A stretch of 64,000 nucleotides of DNA from an uncultured Planctomycetaceae bacterium. Its GTDB lineage: Bacteria; Planctomycetota; Planctomycetia; Planctomycetales; Planctomycetaceae. The DNA lies in the NCBI GenBank assembly GCA_963815195.1, contig CAWFGE010000012.1, forward strand, positions 64,001-128,000, read 5' to 3'. A program made the position numbers and the translations under genes. Numbering within the stretch: the first letter of the stretch is position 1; every line of letters starts with the position of its first letter. The notes below the pieces were generated by a model, which was given only the letters and a program-made list of their open reading frames with translations, was not told where the DNA came from and did not search any database. Of the stretch, positions 34,911 to 46,070 are shown piece by piece.

Positions 34911-36087
34911 ATGAGCCGCTCCGTGATTCGGATCGTTTTTGCATCGGTTCTGGTCGGTGTTTTGATCGCCGGCGGGTGGTATCTGCGCACGCATTGGGCC
35001 GGCGAAGATGACAACCACGTCGATCCGGAACCTCCCTTGGCCACCTCCGATGAGAATTGCGATCGCCCCGTCAATGCGTTGGGCTATCTGCTTCCCCACG
35101 ACGGCGTGATCTCGGTGAGCGCCACGCCCGGCGATCGATTGGCGGAACTGAAGGTTGCGGAAGGGGATCCGGTGGAAGAAGGCCAGTTGCTCGCGGTGCT
35201 CGACAGTCAGAAGATGCGGTTTCTCCAGTGGAAGGCTCAAGAGTCCCAGCGCCGAAGCGGAAAAGCAGCTGACCGCCGAACTCGCCGCCGCCGACCAGCA
35301 AATCACGCTCGCGAAGTTGGCCCAAGAGAAACTCGCCTTGCAAAAGATCGAAGAAGACGCCCAGCGGTCCCAAATCGAATTCCTGAAAACGAGCCTCGCA
35401 TTGGCCAAGCGGAATCTGGACCGCTTGGAAGGATTGTCGGAATCGCTGGTCTCCGCCCAGAAGCGGGAGCAGCAGGAACTGCAAGTGGACAAGACCTTGG
35501 AGGAACTTCAGGCCGCCCAGATGACGTTGAAACGGATGACGGCCGGCCGGGCGTTTGCCGAAAAATCCGCGGCGGCGGAACTGGCCGCGGCCCAGGCCAA
35601 GCGGGATGCGGTGAAGGCCGCCGACAAATCCAAGTCACTTAAATACGGCGAGGAACTCGCGAAGCTCCAATACGACCAGACGCAAATCGAGGCCCCCGCG
35701 GCGGGGACGGTCTTAAAGACGTTCGTGGAGCCGGGCGAAGTTCTTGCGTCCGAGCCCATCCTGCAAATGGCCGACCTGAAACACATGACCTGCCAGGCCG
35801 AGGTCTTTGAAACGGACATCCAATGCATCCGCGAAGGACAGCGCGTCCGCGTCACAAGCCCCGCCTTTCCCCGCACGGGATCGAAGGAATCCGGCATTTT
35901 CGGGAAGGTCGTCCGCATCAGCCGGCTCGTCGCCGCCGCCAAGCTCAAAAGCCTCGACCCCTACGCGGCCGCGGATCGGCATGTCGTGGAAGTCACGATC
36001 GAATTCGACGATTCCGCGAGCAAGGTGGCGGGGCGGTTCGTCAACCTGCAAGTGCAAGTCGAATTCCTGATGGATCGCGCCCCGTGA
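34911..36087 (+). CDS. DevB-like membrane fusion protein; apparent frameshift ~35245
   Basis: N-terminal TM, VNALGYLLP, LKVAEGDPVEEGQLLAVLDS, coiled coil, AEVFETDI, DRHVVEV, NLQVQV. Confidence 0.85.
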
Positions 36088-36146
36088 CGGGGAGCACCTT
36101 GTCGAAACGTCCGCCGTGTTGTCTCGCCCCGTGATGCCCGCTCCCC

Positions 36147-37307
36147 ATGCCCATTCAACTTGCCTGGCGAAATCTGCTGCACAACCGCATGCGAACCATG
36201 GTCGCCATCTGCGGCGTGGCCTTCGCCGTCACGCTTGTGTTTCTGCAGTTGGGTTTTTTAGGTTCGGTCCAAACGACGGCGTCCATCATCTACGATGCCC
36301 TCGATTTTGATTTGATGATTCGCTCGCCCGAATATCTGAACTTTGCCGACGCCCGCGATTTCCCGGTCGAACGCCTGCAGCTGATCCAAGCCCTCCCGGA
36401 AGTTCGAACCACGGTGCCCTTTTACGTCGGCGTGAACGAGTGGAAACACCCCCGCAAAAACATCCGCCGCGCGATTCTGACGATGGGCGTGCCCCGCGGC
36501 CGGCGCGCGTTCAATCGCCGGGAATTGCACGACGTCTGCCAGACATTGCGGCTGCCCAGCCACGTTCTGGTGGATACGCGGTCCCGAAAGGAATTCGGCC
36601 CCAAGAACGGCCGCCGGTTCTCCACCGAAGACATCGGCGTGGAGACCGAAATCGGTTCGCATCCCGTGACAATCGTCGGCGTGTTTACACTGGGATCGGG
36701 ATTCGCGTCTGACGGAGCCGTGCTGATGACCGACCGGGGCTTTGACCGCATCTATCCCTATCGGTCCACCAACCGCGCGAGCCTCGGCCTCGTCAAATTG
36801 ACCGAGGGGGCCGACCGCGAAGAGGCCCTGCGGAAATTGACGGCTTTGGCGGATCGCATCCAGGACTTTTCCGTTTGCACGCGCGAGCAGGTTGTGGCGG
36901 AAGAAACTCATCTGTGGGTGAACGAAACGCCGATCGGGATCATCTTTCAAAGCGGAGCCGCGCTCGCGTGCGTCGTCGGACTGGTGATTGTCTATCAAGT
37001 CCTCTCCAGCGATGTAGCCGCCCGCTTGGGGGAATACGCGACGCTCAAAGCCATGGGCTACCAGAACGGGTTCCTGTCGAGCGTCATCGTCTCGCAAGCG
37101 GTGATCCTCTCCATCGCCGGCTATTTTCCCGGCCTCGTGATGGCCCTGTTTCTCTATTGGCTGACAACGCTCTACGCCGGCATTCCGATGGATATGACGA
37201 TCTTTCGCCTGGCGTTTGTCTTCGGTCTTTCCGTCGGCTTTTGCGTGTTGTCGGGCCTGGGAGCCTTACGAAAAGTTCGCCGGGCGGAACCGGCGGATCT
37301 GTTTTAA
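36147..37307 (+). CDS. DevC-like ABC permease (FtsX/MacB family)
   Basis: LAWRNL, GVAFAVTLVFLQLGF, TPIGIIF, IVYQVLSSDV, EYATLKAMGY, PADLF. Confidence 0.9.
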   Translation: MPIQLAWRNLLHNRMRTMVAICGVAFAVTLVFLQLGFLGSVQTTASIIYDALDFDLMIRSPEYLNFADARDFPVERLQLIQALPEVRTTVPFYVGVNEWKHPRKNIRRAILTMGVPRGRRAFNRRELHDVCQTLRLPSHVLVDTRSRKEFGPKNGRRFSTEDIGVETEIGSHPVTIVGVFTLGSGFASDGAVLMTDRGFDRIYPYRSTNRASLGLVKLTEGADREEALRKLTALADRIQDFSVCTREQVVAEETHLWVNETPIGIIFQSGAALACVVGLVIVYQVLSSDVAARLGEYATLKAMGYQNGFLSSVIVSQAVILSIAGYFPGLVMALFLYWLTTLYAGIPMDMTIFRLAFVFGLSVGFCVLSGLGALRKVRRAEPADLF

Positions 37308-37333
37308 TGTGAGGAGCGGCGAAAACAAGAGAA

Positions 37334-38515
37334 ATGAAGCCTGCATATCGCGTTCCCTTGGCGTGGAAGAATCTCACGCACAACTATTGGCGGTTGTTCA
37401 CCGCGGTCGCCGGGATTGCGTTCGCCGTCATTTTGATGTTCGTCGAACGAGGCTTTCAGAACGCCTTGTTCGACAGCACGATTTATGTCATTCGGGAACT
37501 CAAGGCCGACCTCATCATCCGCAGCCACGCCAAGTATCTATTCGAGTCGCCGCATCCGTTCGACCGCCGGCGGTTGCTCCAGGCGAAAGCCCATCCGCAA
37601 GTCGAAGCCACGTTTCCCGTGTACGTCGAAGTCGGCCAAAGTGTTTTTCGGCGCGAGAATCAGCCAAGCTATCCGATCCGCGTGCTGGCGTTCGACGTGA
37701 AACAGGACCTCTGCAAGATTCAAGGCGTTCAAAGTCAGGCGGAAAAGCTAGATCGCCCCCAGACCGCGCTCATCGACCGAAAAAGCAAAGAAGGCGCCTA
37801 CCATCTCCCGCTGGATAAACCGGCGAAACTCTCCCAGATTCCGACGGAACTGGCCGGGAAGCAAATTGAGCTTGTGGGCACGTTTTCGCTGGGAACGGAT
37901 TTCGCGAACGACGGCACGCTGATTATGACGCCCGAAAACTTCGCCCGCTATTTTCCCTACCGCAACGGCGGGCGGGAATCGCTGTCCCTTGTGGATGTCG
38001 GCTTAATCCATCTTCGCGACCGGGCCGATCCGGAGCAGGTCAAAAACGAACTCGTTCGCATACTGCCCCCCGATGTGGTCGTGGAAACCAAGCAGCGCTA
38101 CATGTCGCGCGAACAGAGCTATTGGAAAAACAGCACGCCGGTGGGGTTTGTGTTTTCTCTCGGCGTGATTCTCGGTTTTGTGGTGGGCGTCGTGATTTGT
38201 TATCAGATCATCTTTGCCAATATCAACGACCATCAAGCCGAGTTCGCCACGCTGAAAGCCATGGGCTATTCGACGCGGTTCTTTATCGGCATCGTCCTGG
38301 GGAAATCCATCTATCTGTCGATCCTAGGATTCATTCCGGGTTTGCTCATTAGCTTGGGCATATTTGAGTTCCTGTCCCAGTGGACGGGACTGCTGATGGA
38401 ACTCAGTCTGACACGTATCCTCATGATCTATGGACTGACACTTTTGATGTGCATCGTTTCCGGATGCCTCGCCATTCGGAAGGTGCTCGAACTAGAACCC
38501 GCCGATCTGTTTTAG
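37334..38515 (+). CDS. Second DevC-like ABC permease
   Basis: PLAWKNL, GIAFAVILMF, TPVGFVF, EFATLKAMGY, EPADLF. Confidence 0.9.
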   Translation: MKPAYRVPLAWKNLTHNYWRLFTAVAGIAFAVILMFVERGFQNALFDSTIYVIRELKADLIIRSHAKYLFESPHPFDRRRLLQAKAHPQVEATFPVYVEVGQSVFRRENQPSYPIRVLAFDVKQDLCKIQGVQSQAEKLDRPQTALIDRKSKEGAYHLPLDKPAKLSQIPTELAGKQIELVGTFSLGTDFANDGTLIMTPENFARYFPYRNGGRESLSLVDVGLIHLRDRADPEQVKNELVRILPPDVVVETKQRYMSREQSYWKNSTPVGFVFSLGVILGFVVGVVICYQIIFANINDHQAEFATLKAMGYSTRFFIGIVLGKSIYLSILGFIPGLLISLGIFEFLSQWTGLLMELSLTRILMIYGLTLLMCIVSGCLAIRKVLELEPADLF

Positions 38516-38550
38516 TATCTGACAGTGTGTTTAAGAACGTATACCCACGC

Positions 38551-38642
38551 AAACGTGAGCGGTACGGCGCTAGCCGCCGGTCTTGACTTTGGAAATATCG
38601 CTTCATCGAAGCCGGAGGCTAGGCGCCTACCCCTCACGTTTA
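38551..38642. repeat. REP-like palindrome inside the dev operon
   Basis: AAACGTGAGCGGTACGGCGCTAGCC ... GGCTAGGCGCCTACCCCTCACGTTT. Confidence 0.7.
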
Positions 38643-38674
38643 AAACACCTTCTGCGACTGAGTTTATGTGATCT

Positions 38675-39783
38675 ATGATTTCATCCAGTGCACACTGCCT
38701 GTCGATCCAGATCGAAGGCCTCAACCATTACTTTGGCGACGGCGAGCTGCGCAAGCAGAGCGCTGTTTGACAACAACCTCGTTGTGAAGCCCGGCGAGAT
38801 CGTGATTATGACCGGGCCGTCCGGGTCGGGGAAAACCACGCTGCTCGTTCTCGCGGGAACGCTCAGGAACGTGCAGGAAGGCAGCCTGAAAACACTGGGC
38901 CGAGAGCTCAACGGGGCCACGCCGCGCAAACTTGTCGAGCTGCGCCGCGAGATCGGGTTTATCTTCCAGGCTCACAACCTATTCGAAATCCCTCACGGCT
39001 TACGAAAACGTCAAAATGGCGCTGCAGCTTTTTCGAGTCAGCGAAAAGGACGCGCAGGCGCGGGCGATGGACCTTTTGGAGCGGCTCGATATGGGACATC
39101 GGATCGACTATAAGCCCGGCAGCCTCTCCGGCGGGCAGAAGCAACGCGTGGCGATTGCGCGGGGTTTGGCTCATCGACCGAAGTTGATCCTCGCGGACGA
39201 GCCGACCGCCGCCCTCGATGAAAAATCCGGCCGGACCGTGGTGAATCTTTTCAAGGAACTCGCCGAGACCGACGGCGTCACCGTGCTGATGGTCACGCAC
39301 GACAATCGCATCCTCGACGTGGCCGACCGCATCGTGCAGATGGTGGATGGACATATCACAAGCGACGGCAACGTCAAGGAAACGAATTTCCTCGTCGAGT
39401 TCCTTAAAAAATGCTCCGTATTCTCGGCCATGCGGTATTCCCAGCTCACCGACGCCGCCGGGAAAATGCACAAGGAAACCCATCGCCCCGGCACCGTGAT
39501 CATCCGCAAAGGCGATCCGGGCGATAAGTTTTACATCATCGGCCAAGGCGAAGTCGATGTGATCGATCGCAACGGCACCGGCCCGCATGTGGTGGCCTCG
39601 CTGGGCGTGGGCGACTTCTTCGGCGAAGCCGCGCTCCTGACCGGCGAGCCTCGGAACGCCGACGTCGTCTCCAAAACACAACTCGAAGTCTATGCCCTCG
39701 AGGCCGACGATTTTCGCGATGTCCTAAAACATAGCCCCAGCTTCGAAGACGAAGTCCGCCGAGCGCTGTTTCTGCGGCGGTGA
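38675..39783 (+). CDS. DevA-like ABC ATPase fused to a C-terminal cyclic-nucleotide-binding domain; apparent frameshifts ~38758 and ~38985
   Basis: LNHYFGDGELRKQ, GPSGSGKTTLL, LSGGQKQR, ADEPTAALD, VTHDNRILD; then KGDPGDKFYII..GEV, GDFFGEAALLTGEPRNADV. Confidence 0.87.
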
Positions 39784-39959
39784 TAATTTGCATTGGAAGA
39801 TCGCCGATTTCGCCGCGGGCCATTCGTGGACTTCGCGGAGGACTCCCCGTTCCAACGGCAAACCGGCTGTTCTGCAAGGTGGCGTGCCGGGGGAAAACTC
39901 GGCATAATCGATCTCGAAAAACTTTCTATCCGCGTTCTGCTTCGTGCAAGGAGTTTCCC

Positions 39960-41705
39960 ATGGCAACTCGTGTTCGTCTGATGATCGGTGCATTGGCATT
40001 TTGTCTTTTGGCCGTGGTGGTGAGCGTTTCCGACTGCCGGTCGGGGGACGATCCCAAACCCGCTCAAACCGCCGCCGCTCCCAGCCCGCCCGAAACGTTT
40101 CCCGCGCCCCCGGCGAAGATCGAGCTTGACGAAGGCGACACGCTGGTGTTTCTAGGCGACAGCATCACCCACCAGTGCCTCTACACGCAGTACGTCGAGG
40201 ATTTCTTTTATACCCGCTTTCCAGCCAAGCGCATCCGCTTTCATAACGCCGGCGTCGGCGGGGCCAAGGCTTGGGACGCCCTCGAACGCTTCGACCGCGA
40301 CGTCGCCGATTATAAACCCAAGTATGTCACCATACTGTTAGGCATGAACGACGGGCGTTATCAGCCGTTCAACCAGGAGATCTTTGACACCTATCAAAAC
40401 GACATGGGGAAAGTGATCGACCGGATTAAAAAAACCGGAGCCGCTCCCGTCGTGATGTCGCCGACGATGTTCGATTCGCGGGCGGCCCGCCTGCGAAAGC
40501 CGAACGATGACTCCGGCAAGCTGGAACTGTATAACTCGGTCTTGGCCTATTACGGGCAATGGCTTCGCGAAGTCGCCACGAAAAACGGCGATAGTTTTGT
40601 GGATATGTATAGCCCGCTGAATAACCTGACCTTCGAGCAGAGAAAAACCGAGCCGCGGTTTACGATGATTCGCGATTCCGTGCATCCCGATCCGCCGGGG
40701 CAAATCGTGATGGCGTATTCCATCATCGAAGATCTGGGACTGAGACGCCCGCTGTCGAGCATCCGGATTGTGACGGGCCCCAACGGCAAAGCCCGCGCCA
40801 AGTCACCGGCGGCAAGATCGAAGACCTCAAAAAGAGCGCGAACGGATTGGAGTTTACCTGGACCGCCGAGGCGCTGCCTTGGGTCTTGCCGGAAGAAGCC
40901 GCGCTGGGCGTAAAAATGCTGCATCTCGGCCATCGCGCGAGCCGGGAGGCGTTGGAAGTGCACGATTTGAAACCCGGCCAGTATGAGCTTCAAATCGATG
41001 GCGAATCGGTGGGCGTTTATTCGGCGACGCAGCTTTCTCGGCATGTCGAGCTTCAAGAGAATCCCCGCACGCCGCAGCATCAGCAGGCCCTCAAAGTCGC
41101 CGAGTTGAATAAAGGGCGCAACAGCGGCCCGGTACGATCGCTCCGCAACGAATGGAGTAAGTTTCAGATTCATTCCCGCCTCGCCCAGTCCCTCAAGGAC
41201 ATGCCCGGGAACGCGGGTTTGGAAAAGCAAGTCGCCAAGCTGGCCGAGCAGCTAAAGAACATGGACGACCGCATTCGCGAGCAGGAACAGGCCGCGAAGA
41301 AGATCGAAGATCAGATCTATTCCGTCAATAAACCGAAGCCCCGGCGGTATGTTCTGAAACCCGTGACGAAGGTCCAAGTCAGCGGGCGCGTGACGCTCGA
41401 CGGCCAGCCGCTCGCAGGGGCCAAGGTGCAATTTCACGGGCAGAACGTCGGCCTCGAAGGCAACGCGACCACCGATCAGAATGGCAACTATCGCGCAGCG
41501 TTCCAACAATGCGCCCGGCCTCGCCCCGGGCAATTATCGGATTACGATCGAAACCCAAAACAAAAACGCGAACCCAAAAAAGACCCAAGGGAATAATGGT
41601 CAACCAGCAATTCCGCAAAAGTTCTCCAATCCCCAAACCTCGCAACTGATCGTGAACGTCACCGAGGGTCCGAACAATATCGTGTTCGATCTGAAATCCG
41701 AGTAA
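39960..41705 (+). CDS. Exported SGNH/GDSL hydrolase with a C-terminal carboxypeptidase-regulatory-like domain; apparent frameshifts ~40805 and ~41500
   Basis: GDSIT, NAGVGG, GMND, DSVHP; C-terminal VSGRVTLDGQPLAGAKVQF...IVFDLKSE. Confidence 0.82.
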
Positions 41706-41732
41706 TCATCGCATCGAGGCGTTGGAAGAGGA

Positions 41733-42522
41733 GTGACTGAATCGATGGGTGCCCCCCTGCCGTTGACCGATGAGGAACGGGCTGTCTATGAGTGGCAAAT
41801 CTGGGTTCCTGGCTTTGGCGAAGCGGGGCAGGAAAAGCTCAAGAATGCCGCCGTGCTGATTTCCCGCGTGGGCGGCTTGGGGAGCGTGGTGGCTTATGAA
41901 CTGGCGGCGGCGGGGATCGGCAAGTTCATCCTCGCCCACGCCGGCAACGTGAAGCCCAGCGACCTCAATCGCCAACTCCTGATGACGCACGACTGGCTGG
42001 GGAAACCCCGCGTGGAATCCGCGGCCCGGCGGCTCAAGGAACTCAACCCGCGGTTGGAAATCGTGCCCATCGGCGAAAACATCAACGACTAAGAATGTCC
42101 GTGGACTTGTGGAGCAGGTGGATTTGATTGTGGACTGCGCCCCCTTGTTTCCCGAGCGGTTTGCCATGAACCGCGAAGCCGTCGCCCAGCGTAAGCCGAT
42201 TGTCGAATGCGCAATGTACGATCTGGAAGCCCAACTCACGACGGTCCTGCCTGGAACGACGCCGTGCCTCAAATGTCTTTATCCCCAGGATCCGCCGGCG
42301 TGGAAGCGCGAGTTTCCCGTGTTCGGAGCCGTTTCCGGAACGGTGGGCTGCCTGGCGGCGATGGAGGCGATTAAAGTCCTCGCCGGCCTGGGCGAACCGC
42401 TCGCCGGCCAACTCCTCACGATGGACCTGCGGGACATGACGTTCCGCAAACGCGCGATTCAACAAGATCCGAATTGCGAATTGTGCGGACGTGTGAACGG
42501 CTCGGAACGGATCGAAGAATAG
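41733..42522 (+). CDS. HesA/MoeB/ThiF family adenylyltransferase; apparent frameshift ~42090
   Basis: YEWQIWVPGFGEAGQEKLK, VGGLG, SDLNRQLL, PCLKC, CELC. Confidence 0.85.
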
Positions 42523-42646
42523 CTGTCAAACTCCATTTTTCAATAACCCGACGATTTACAGATTCATCCTTGGTCTGCAGGCTGACGCCGCTTCGCGGCT
42601 AAGGAATTGATCCTTTTGTTTCCGTTTATTAAACCAGGTCATTCCT

Positions 42647-44859
42647 ATGCGACTTCTATTTTTATTGGCTGGCGTTTGCTGCTTCGGAATTCTGCAACCG
42701 GCATCGGCGGCGGAGCGTCCCAATATCATCCTTATGATGGCCGATGATATGGGCTATTCCGACCTTGGCTGCTATGGCGGCGAAATGGAGACGCCGAACT
42801 TGAATGAACTCGCAATGAACGGTTTGCGGTTTACTCAGTTCTATAACACGGGCCGATGTTGTCCCACGCGGGCGTGTCTCTTGACGGGGCTCTATCCCCA
42901 TCAAAGCGGGATCGGCTGGATGATGACCGACCGCGGCTATGACGGTTACCGCGGCGACCTCAACAACCGCTGTGTGACGATTGCCCAGGTGTTAAAACCC
43001 GCCGGCTATCGGACCTATGCGGTCGGCAAATGGCATGTCACGAAACATATCCAACCGGACGGCCCCAAGTTCAATTGGCCGCTGCAACGCGGTTTTGACC
43101 GCTATTATGGAACGATCACCGGGGCGGGCTCGTTCTTTGATCCCGGCACCTTGACGCGCGACAATACAATGGTCTCCCCCTTTGCCGATCCGGAATACCA
43201 ACCCGAGCCATACTATTATACCAACGCGATCAGCGATCATGCGATTCGGTTTATTAACGAGCACGGCGAGAAGCAAGACGCGAAGCCTTTCTTTATGTAT
43301 GTCGCTTTACCTGTGCCCATTGGCCGATGCACGCGTTGGCGGAGGACGTTGCGCGGTACGAGGGCAAGTATGACAAAGGCTATGCGCATTTCCGCAAAAG
43401 CCGGCTGGAACGGATGCAAAAGCTCGGTTTGATTGATGCGGACTGGGAACTCAGCCCGCAGCACGGCGACTGGGACAAGGTGGAGCATAAAGCCTGGGAA
43501 GCCCGCTGCATGGAAGTCTATGCCGCGATGATCTACCGGATGGATCAAGGCATCGGCCGCATTGTCGAGACGTTAAAGAAGACCGGCCAATACGACAACA
43601 CGTTGATTTTGTTCCTTCAAGACAACGGCGGCTGCCAGGAGGGCGTGGGCCGAAACGGCAACTCAAAACGCCCGGCGAAAGCGACGTTGCCTAAGATTGC
43701 CGACGATGCGATTCGGTTGGACGTTATTCCCAAGCAAAACCGCGCGGGTGTGCCGACGCTTCAAGGGACCGGGGTGATGCCGGGACCGGAAGATACTTAT
43801 ATCGCGTACGGGATCGATTGGGCGAACGTCTCCAATACGCCGTTTCGGGAGTATAAGCACTTCGTGCACGAAGGCGGCATTTCGACGCCTTTGATCGCGC
43901 ATTGGCCCCAGGGGATTTCGCGAAAGGGCGAACTCGAAACGCAGCCGGGGCATCTGATCGACCTGATGGCGACCTGCGCGGACCTTGCGCAGGCTCAATA
44001 TCCGAAGTCGCTCAAGGGGGAAATGATCCAGCCGATGGAGGGCGTGAGTCTGGCGCCCGCCTTCTCGGGGAAATCTTTGAACCGCCCGGACGCCATCTAC
44101 TGGGAGCACGAAGGCAACCGGGCGATGCGGGACGGGGAATGGAAGCTCGTCGCCAAGGAGAATGAACCGTGGGAACTCCACAACATGAAGGCCGACCGCA
44201 CGGAAATGCACGACCTGGCGAAAGAGCATCCCGACCGCGTGGCGGATATGTCCCGCCGTTGGGACGCGTGGGCCAAGCGGGCCTCGGTGCTGCCTCTGGG
44301 AGCCTGGCGGGGCAAGAAACAAGCGGATTCGCCGCGGGACTTTTCCCCAAAGACGAGTTTCCGCTTGAAGCCGGGGGCGAACCTTTCCCGGAAAAAAGCT
44401 CCGTATGTGGTCGGGCGGTCGGTTTCCATCAAAGCGCAGCTCGCCGGACCGGCGGGCGAGGGTGTGATCGTGGCCCAGGGCGGAAGCGCGGACGGGTATA
44501 GCTGGTATCTCAAAGACCGCAAGTTGAGCGTCGCCGCCCGGCATGGGGGGAAGCTCAGCATCATCGCGTCGGAAGCGGCGATTCCGTCGGACGCGCGGGT
44601 ACTCGAACTCGAGTATTCCGCGGACGGAACGATCGAAATGAAAGCCGACGGCGAAGTCCTCGCCGCGGGAAAAGTCCCCGGGGCGATGCCGCGAATGCCG
44701 ATCGACGGGTTGCAGGTCGGCCGGGATGCCAAAGGCGCGGTCGGGCCATACGCATCGCCCTTCGCCTTCGAGGGGACGATTGAGAGCGTGACGCTCGAAC
44801 TTCAATCTCCCCCGGCGCCGCCGACAAAGGCCCGCGGGAATAGGCCGCGCCGCGGATGA
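42647..44859 (+). CDS. Arylsulfatase with a C-terminal beta-sandwich domain; apparent frameshift ~43310
   Basis: RPNIILMMADDMGYSD, CCPTRACLLTG (CxPxR), GKWH, DNG, NTPFREYK, EGGISTP, WEHEGNRA. Confidence 0.93.
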
Positions 44860-46045
44860 CGGCCAGGCGGCGGATGAACTCGGCCGCGCGCCGGCGTTTG
44901 AGCCGGCGGGACTTCGCGGCGGTCTCGGCCTCCGTGAAAAACTGTTTGACGGTTTCGGGCGGGAGATCCAATCGCCGGGCGATGGGATCCAGGATGCGGT
45001 CCTCATTCGCCAGCGGCGTCTGCAGCTTGAGTTCCATCCGCAATTGCTGCAGATAGGACGCGAGCATCTCGGTCCCGGCTTTCGCGCGGTAGGCATGGAC
45101 GCCCAGGGCATCGGTATGGTCCACGATATTTCGGCGAGGCGGAACGGGCGGCGGCAACAGCGGCCCAAACCGCCGGCTCCGCCACCAGGCGAAGATAATC
45201 GCCAAAATCGCCAATTGGATTGTGAACGGCCGAAACTGCGGGTCGAGCAAAACGCCGACGACCTTGGGAATGCCGGTCGCGTTGAGAGACTCGTCCAAGG
45301 CGATCGTCTTCACCGGCCGGTGCGGTTGAATGGGATTGTCGGGCCGGGCCATCACCAGGGCAAACGCCAGAACCGAATTGTCTTCCCAGGCGATCGACTG
45401 GTTCGAGAACAAAAAGTCCGTGGCGATGACGATCACTCTTCCGTAGCCATATTCCTGGAGGACCGCTTGCACCGTGCCGCCGAACTGCACGAGCGGCTGG
45501 GCTTTGGGGGCTTCGATCCACCCCGACGATTCCCAATACAAGTTGCCTTCCCGCACCAACGTCGTCCGCACGAGGCCGGAGTCGTCGGTTTCGCGGCGGT
45601 CTTGATCCAACTCGCTGAGGGGCTTGACGGAAATGTCCAAATGCGGGATCGCCACTTTGGGGTGGTCGTCGCGGGCGGCGAAAATCAGCGTGCCGCCGGC
45701 TTCGACCCAATTCAAGATCGCGGACCACTCCGCCCGCGTGGGATACCGCGCCGGTCCCAACACGCACAGCGCAGCGGGTTCCGTCAGATGGGAAGGACTC
45801 TTCGCGGCGGCGGTTCCGGCCACCTCGCGGTCCAAGGCATAAAAGCTTCGCGCCACGTGGAGGCCGCGCTGGTCGGCTTCATGCCTCATCAACAGGTAGA
45901 AGCCTTTTTTGCCGTCGGCCTCGGTGCTGTAGGTGTCGTGCGAGACGCCGGAGCGGACGTTCGGAAACCAAAAAAACATCGACCCCGCGACCAACACCGC
46001 CGCGAGCCAGAGAGCATCGGTTGTCAGACGATCCAGAACTTTCAC
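44802..46045 (-). CDS. DUF4350 domain protein; 3' end uncertain
   Basis: DTYSTEADGKKGFYLL, LNWVEAGGTLI, YGYGRVIVIA, DESLN, TM followed by RRFGP. Confidence 0.72.
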
Positions 46046-46070
46046 GCGAGGAACTTTAATAAAGAGCGAG

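Noticed and set aside
42080..42110. TAA in the HesA-like gene as stop-codon readthrough or recoding
   Set aside because: The downstream half is in a different frame, so this is an indel rather than an in-frame stop
44561..44859. Apparent ~300-nt convergent overlap between the DUF4350 ORF and the sulfatase
   Set aside because: Adding one C to the C5 run at 44809-44813 stops the sulfatase at 44843 and DUF4350 at 44802, leaving a ~40-nt overlap, so this is likely a homopolymer error
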